From Botryllus schlosseri (Eukaryota), in contig CM119373.1 in assembly GCA_051294905.1 (NCBI GenBank), forward strand, positions 8,246,001 to 8,310,000: DNA of 64,000 nucleotides, written 5' to 3'. The position numbers and the translations under genes are program-made. Under the pieces are notes generated by a model. That model was not told the origin of the DNA. It ran no database searches and worked only from the letters and a program-made list of their open reading frames with translations. Position 1 is the stretch's first letter. Each line of letters starts with the position of its first letter. Shown piece after piece: positions 60,133 to 64,000 of the stretch.

Positions 60133-60557
60133 ACCAATCAGTCCACCAGACTATAGACATATAAAAGTAACAAAATGACAGCGCAGTACTCACCTACGGG
60201 CTACTTACCGTACACAGTTTTAATTCGCAACTGAACATCGGTCCCTACGTTCTAGAGCTGGGGTGGGCAAACTACGGCCCGCGGGCCGCATGCGGCCCGC
60301 AACACCGTTCTGTGCGGCCCGCGAGAGTCTAAAGAAACTTCTAAAAAATATTGATAAAATTCGTTCTAAAAAATCGAATTAATGCAGGGACTTGATGAAA
60401 CTTTTTCTCAGTATATGTCATCATGATAATTCTAAGGCAGTGGTTCTGAAAGTGGGGTCGCGCCCCCTTGGGGGCGTGAAAGCATTTGAAGGGTGGTGCG
60501 AAGCTGAGCTCAACTGAAAAAATTTTTCGCGCTTGCGTTGATTGCAGAAGATGGTAG

Positions 60558-62240
60558 TTGATTGCAGAAGATGGTGATGGAGGGAGTGTTGTTGTTTGCG
60601 TCTTTGTCTTGGTGTCAGAAGATGTGGCATCGATATCCGAGATGGCAAGAATCTTTAAAAAGTACAACAGTAAATGGTGCGAAACTGTCACTATCATGGC
60701 AGATAAAGATTTTACAGAGCGTCACGTCTTTAAAGCAGATTTCCCGGATGCCAAAATTTTGATATGTTTATTTCATGTGCTGAGGACATTTCATGTGTTG
60801 AGGACATTCCGAAGAGCATTGACTTGCGATAAAATGGGAATCACTGCTTCAGAAAGAAGTTATATTTTGAATATTGTACAAGATATGGCGTATGCAAGGT
60901 CTTACTTGCATTACGAAGAATTATATCAAAAACTGATTGACAGTGGATTGGGAAATGTCGTGTCATACTTCAACAAAAACTGGCATGACATCAAGGAAGA
61001 GTGGGTGTATGTCTATAAAAATACTGGTGTGACCTTTCAAAATCAAACAAACAATAGAGTTGAGTGCATCAACCAAAAATTGAAGGCTATTATTACCAAG
61101 TACTCTAGTTTGCAGCAGTCTTTTCACAATTTAATGCTTGTCATCATGAAGTCTCTGCGTACAGAACAATTCCATCGATCCATTTCAATTCTGCAAAAGG
61201 TACCTGTACTGCCATTTGAGGTGGGTAGTACAGAGCACCAGTACGGACAGATCCTCACACCATATGCTCTTGAAAAGGTCCTCACTCAGCTCAAAACCCC
61301 AACAAAACAGAATGGAGAAGTTCAACCGTCTGCGCACGACTGCAAGTGCGCTTTCCGCCAGTCAATGAAATTACCAGTCAGAAACACATGGTAAATATGA
61401 AATATACAATAAATAAATTCATGACACTGAGACATTTTTCAGATACTGGGATAGTCAATTTTTGCTACAATGTGCAACGGATGTCAACAACGGCACAACA
61501 GGTGTCTTTTGTTCTGTGACTGTGCTTGATATTTATTTGTATCCGCCTCGGTCCTTGCAGGTGACAGCCATACTGTGGAAGATACGGCGTACAGTTCTGA
61601 GCAGAGAAAGACTGTCCTCATTGTTGAGATGACTGGTTTGTTATCATTTCACCTTGGAAGTTTAGGCTTTTACCACATATTTTGTCTTTCACCAGGTACA
61701 GAAAAAATGTCTTCAAGTAATGAATCAACTGATCACAGTGATCAGTCAAGAAACCTTGAACCAGCAATAGACACTTCCATTTGCACATCGGGTGGACTCA
61801 TTTCACCGCTATGATTCGTTTTTTTAGTAATATCTGGTGAGCCTACAACTACTACTAAATTATTCGAAACAATGTACTGATTCAGTGATCAGCCGATCTA
61901 TTTTGCCGGTTGTAACAAAATAAAGATTTGGTTTATGTTTTAAATTGCAGAAAACAACACACCAGCAGTGTCTGGATTTGTCAAGCAAAACATCAAACCC
62001 TCGGAACAGTTTATTGGTTGTTTGGCTAAATGAATTGAAATTTGAGCTCGCGAAATTATAGAACTCTTTCATCTTGGTGTTCCAGATCTTACCAACATAA
62101 CTCTTCCACCACAAATGAAAAAACGAGGTCGTCCAAAAGGCCTTGAGCAAACTGCGGTGGCTCTTCGAAAGAAAAAGAAATCAGACGGGCCGGTTAGATT
62201 TTCAAAGAAGCACCCTAAAGACATGCAGCAATGTAAGTTC
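60558..62240 (+). pseudogene. MULE transposase (ZSWIM3-like) with SWIM finger, 5'-truncated and fragmented
   Basis: TIMADKDFTERHVF...ILICLFHVLRTF, YFNKNW, TNNRVECINQKLK, CKCAFRQSMKLP; downstream MKKRGRPKG. Confidence 0.85.
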
Positions 62241-62849
62241 TCTTCTATAGCATCAATTTACATAAGTAAATGTCGAATAATACACCGGTCAGATAAACTT
62301 CGTGATATTGACGAACTCATGCGTGCGATATATATATAAGCCGCAGTAAACTACACTTTCGCACAATACTAAAAGAACTTGAAATAGCATAAATATGTAA
62401 TTTCGTTTGTATGTGCTATCAATTAGCGAGTCCACGATCTCCCTTGAATACATGTTCTGCAATATGAGCTCTTATTACAACGAATCAGAATTTTTCGATC
62501 ACTACGTTTCGTGACCGATGATGGTGTTCAGATGAATAAAAACATTTCTGGAGATCACGTGTCGCTATCCAGACGATTCTCGTTAATTGGAGGCACTGAT
62601 AATATGAATCGCCGAATTGCAAATGGCTATGAAATATTCGTCCGGCATTTCAAAACGACATTTAATAACAGGAGAAAATTACTGTAAAGATTTTTTCAGA
62701 AGTGAGTCTATTCCCCACCAGAAATTCCGAAATTCCCCACCGGTGGGGAATTCCCCACCGTTTGGGAACCACTGCCCTAGAATGAACTGTAACCACTAAT
62801 TCAGCCTTGATCAATAGATAAGAAAATGCCCGTCTAATTTCCATGTGGC

Positions 62850-64000
62850 TCTTGCCACAAACCATGCAAGTCAAATCAGCCTTTCATTTGCTGTGACTAC
62901 TGGACTCATTTGAAGTGCACCAAACTGACAACACCGCAATTCAATCATATCGGAACTACTGATGAGTATTATCATTGCTGCCAATGCCTAAACTCGGAGT
63001 TACCATTTTCATCACTTGACAAGATGCAACTAACAAGGGAATTATCTTTTGTCAAAAAGTTATCTAGCTCTGACTTACCTAAGGGATTCTCTAATTATTA
63101 TAGTATAGAAGAATTTAATGCTCCTACTGATGATAGCCCTTATATTACAATGCTACATGCTAATGTAAGATCACTTTCTAAAAACAGTGGCTCCGTCACT
63201 TCGTTAATTTCTGAGTTTTCTAGACATCCTGACATACTCGCCATAAGTGAAACGAGATTATCTACTGTCCTTTCTTTTGACGTCCATATTGATGGATATA
63301 CAATTTATACATTTATCAAGGCAAATTCTGCCACAGTAGTGGGTGGAGTGGGGTTCTATATTAGGAACAATGTCCAATTCCACATCACTTCAGAGTTTGG
63401 CCTGAATCTTCAAGGCTGCGAAGACCTGTGGATTGAAATAACTTTGGTGAAAAACAAAAAGAGAGAAAACATCATAGTAGGTGCAATTTACAGACACCCT
63501 CACCAATCGATGGCTCAATTCATAGATGCAATGGAAAATTGCTTCGAGAAGTTGACCCTACAACAAAAGACTTTTTACCTGTTGGGAGACTTCAACATAG
63601 ACCTCCTTAAATCAGATAACAAATATTATGTGGATCTGTCCAACCTAATATCATGTTTCTCGTGTCTTTCAATAATTAAAGATCCAACTAGAATAACTCA
63701 TAACTCACAGACAGTAATTGACCTCATATTCACCAACAATCAGGTCGAGCACCAATCCAGAATATTATTAAGCGATATATCTGATCACTTACCAACTTTC
63801 TGCAAAATCATGAATGCTTCAGTAGGAGTGAAACACAAAATAGCCCTACCTACACTCGAAACTATAGAAATCTCTCGGAGGACAACTTCTCGAATGAACT
63901 TTTTGATGCAATAAATGACCTTGAAGTCGAAAGTAGAACTCAAACTGATGATATAAACAATAACTTTTCATCTCTAATTAATACCATCAACTCCCTAATG
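62850..64000 (+). CDS. CR1/L2-type LINE ORF2 N-terminus: PHD finger plus AP endonuclease; frameshift near 63820; runs off the window
   Basis: CHKPCKSNQPFICCDYWTHLKC...CCQCLNSELPF; HANVRSL, ILAISETRL, GGVGFYIR, VGAIYRHP, LLGDFNIDL, IDLIFTN, SDHLP. Confidence 0.9.

Overview
Eukaryotic (most likely invertebrate animal) DNA made almost entirely of nested transposable elements; no host gene, rRNA, tRNA gene or CRISPR array was found. Elements resolved by terminal repeats and target-site duplications (TSDs): (1) a young, nearly intact BEL/Pao LTR retrotransposon (48768-56383; LTRs differ at 1 of 385 nt); (2) a Gypsy LTR element with its middle replaced by Penelope and P-element pieces (40543-45160); (3) a P element (11075-16480, 8-bp TSD) that splits a Harbinger Myb gene and itself holds a Kolobok derivative; (4) two TATAGAG-ended elements with 7-bp TSDs; (5) several hAT and Kolobok non-autonomous elements; (6) a MULE/foldback-like element with a 10-bp TSD. 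Also present: two ISL2EU-type elements (THAP-DDE transposase plus SWIM/YqaJ nuclease), Penelope-like retroelements, a tRNA-derived SINE, a MULE transposase and a CR1/L2 LINE. Two observations stand out. First, the BEL element has no tRNA primer-binding site; the 16 nt after its 5' LTR are complementary (15/16) to a sequence inside the LTR, in the geometry of Tf1-type self-priming. Second, the TATAGAG/7-bp-TSD family carries an unrecognised spliced C2H2 zinc-finger gene, seen in three diverged copies. All protein-family assignments are from motif recognition by eye, not database searches.
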